From Chloroflexota bacterium (GTDB lineage: Bacteria; Chloroflexota; Chloroflexia; QHBQ01), in assembly GCA_025355955.1 (NCBI GenBank), contig JANXYP010000006.1:1-59826 (forward strand): a stretch of DNA of 59,826 nt. The letters are read 5' to 3'. This document shows, in pieces, positions 58,514 to 59,826 of the stretch. The notes beneath the pieces are model-generated. The model did not search any database. It had not been told where the DNA came from and was given only the letters and a program-made list of their open reading frames with translations. The translations under genes were made by a program, and so were the position numbers. Numbering within the stretch: the stretch's first letter is position 1; the number at the start of each line of letters is the position of its first letter.

Positions 58514-58601
58514 TACTGTAGGGGCGGGTTGCACTCGCCCGTACTCCCCCACCCAACCTCCCCCTTTGGGGAGGGGTAAATGCACAAGGAGACAACCAAC
58601 C

Positions 58602-59826
58602 ATGGAAGGAAGATACAACCCCCAGGAGATTGAACCCCGCTGGCAGCAGTGGTGGCAGGCGCAGGAGATTTACTTTGCGCCCGACCCCACTCCAGCGGAG
58701 ATGGCCGACCCCAGCAGCGGGCCGCGCAAGTTCTACACCATGTCCATGTTCCCCTACCCCAGCGGCGACCTGCACATGGGCCATATGCGTAACTACACCA
58801 TTGGCGATGTGCTGGTGCGATATCACAAGATGCGCGGCGAACGGGTGCTGTCACCGATGGGCTGGGATGCCTTCGGGCTGCCCGCCGAGAACGCCGCGAT
58901 TAAGGACGGCATCCACCCCGCGATTCGCACCCCGCAGAACATCACCGAGATGAAGCGCCAGTTCGAGAAGATGGGCGCAATGTTCGACTGGCGGCGCGAG
59001 GTCAACTCCTCCACGCCTAATTACTACAAGTGGACGCAGTGGCTGTTCCTCAAGCTGTACGCGCGCGGGCTGGCCTATAAGCGCAAGGCTCCAGTCAACT
59101 GGTGTCCCAAGGATGAGACCGTGCTGGCGAACGAGCAGGTGGTCAACGGCCACTGCGAACGCTGCGGCACCCAGGTGATCAAGCGCGACCTGTCGCAATG
59201 GTTCTTCAAGATCACCGCTTATGCCGACCGCCTGCTGAACGACCTGGACAAGCTGCCCGACTGGCCGGAGCGGGTTGCCACGATGCAACGCAACTGGATT
59301 GGCCGCAGCGAGGGGGCCGAGGTGGACTTCCCCATCGTCGGCAGCGATGAAAAGGTGCAAGTGTTTACCACCCGTCCCGACACACTGTGGGGCGCAACCT
59401 TTATGGTGCTGGCCCCGGAGCATCCGCTGGTGGATGTGATTACCAGCGCGGCGCAACGCGAGGCGGTGCAAGCCTATAAGCAGGAGGCCAGCAAGGAGAC
59501 CGAGATCGAGCGGATGTCCACGGTCAAGGAGAAAACCGGCGTGCCGACCGGCGGCTATGCTATCAATCCAGTCAACGGTGAGCAGATACCGATCTGGATT
59601 GCCGATTACGTGCTGATGGGTTACGGTACTGGTGCGATCATGGCCGTTCCTGCCCACGATCAACGAGACTACGAATTCGCCAACAAGTTCAGCCTACCCC
59701 TCGTCGAGGTGGTCAGCAGCCCCGACGCAAAGCTGGAGACGGAAGCATGGGCGGGCGAAGGTACGATGGTCAACTCCGGCCCGCTGAACAGCGTGGCCGC
59801 TGGTAAAGGCGAGGGCCAGAGCGTCA
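58602..59826 (+). CDS. leuS: Leucyl-tRNA synthetase (runs off the window end)
   Basis: [75 protein letters not shown]; absent from the ORF track because it has no stop in the window. Confidence 0.96.
   Translation, partial: MEGRYNPQEIEPRWQQWWQAQEIYFAPDPTPAEMADPSSGPRKFYTMSMFPYPSGDLHMGHMRNYTIGDVLVRYHKMRGERVLSPMGWDAFGLPAENAAIKDGIHPAIRTPQNITEMKRQFEKMGAMFDWRREVNSSTPNYYKWTQWLFLKLYARGLAYKRKAPVNWCPKDETVLANEQVVNGHCERCGTQVIKRDLSQWFFKITAYADRLLNDLDKLPDWPERVATMQRNWIGRSEGAEVDFPIVGSDEKVQVFTTRPDTLWGATFMVLAPEHPLVDVITSAAQREAVQAYKQEASKETEIERMSTVKEKTGVPTGGYAINPVNGEQIPIWIADYVLMGYGTGAIMAVPAHDQRDYEFANKFSLPLVEVVSSPDAKLETEAWAGEGTMVNSGPLNSVAAGKGEGQSV

Overview
GC-rich bacterial chromosome segment, most likely Chloroflexota (inferred from SLH-anchored secreted enzymes with PT linkers, a Leu T-box, a NurA/HAS/HerA set and a Gram-positive-type LexA box). 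Core genes: yabN/mazG, sigK-rskA, a liv ABC operon, a NitT/TauT ABC system, mnmG, rhaEW, radA, fabL, cruF, nurA, herA, tRNA-Ala(GGC) and a 5'-partial leuS. No intact transposase, integrase, prophage or CRISPR array was found. Three things stand out. (1) A dense set of short repeats: a GTAGGGGCG-type REP hairpin carried inside four MITE families, each with its own terminal inverted repeats and target-site duplications, plus heptamer arrays and CCCCTCCC hairpins. (2) These repeats sit in-frame inside at least five protein-coding genes, including an ~80-aa mosaic insert in MnmG. (3) Four small Zn-ribbon paralogs with constant frameworks and a hypervariable loop lie between the Leu T-box and leuS.
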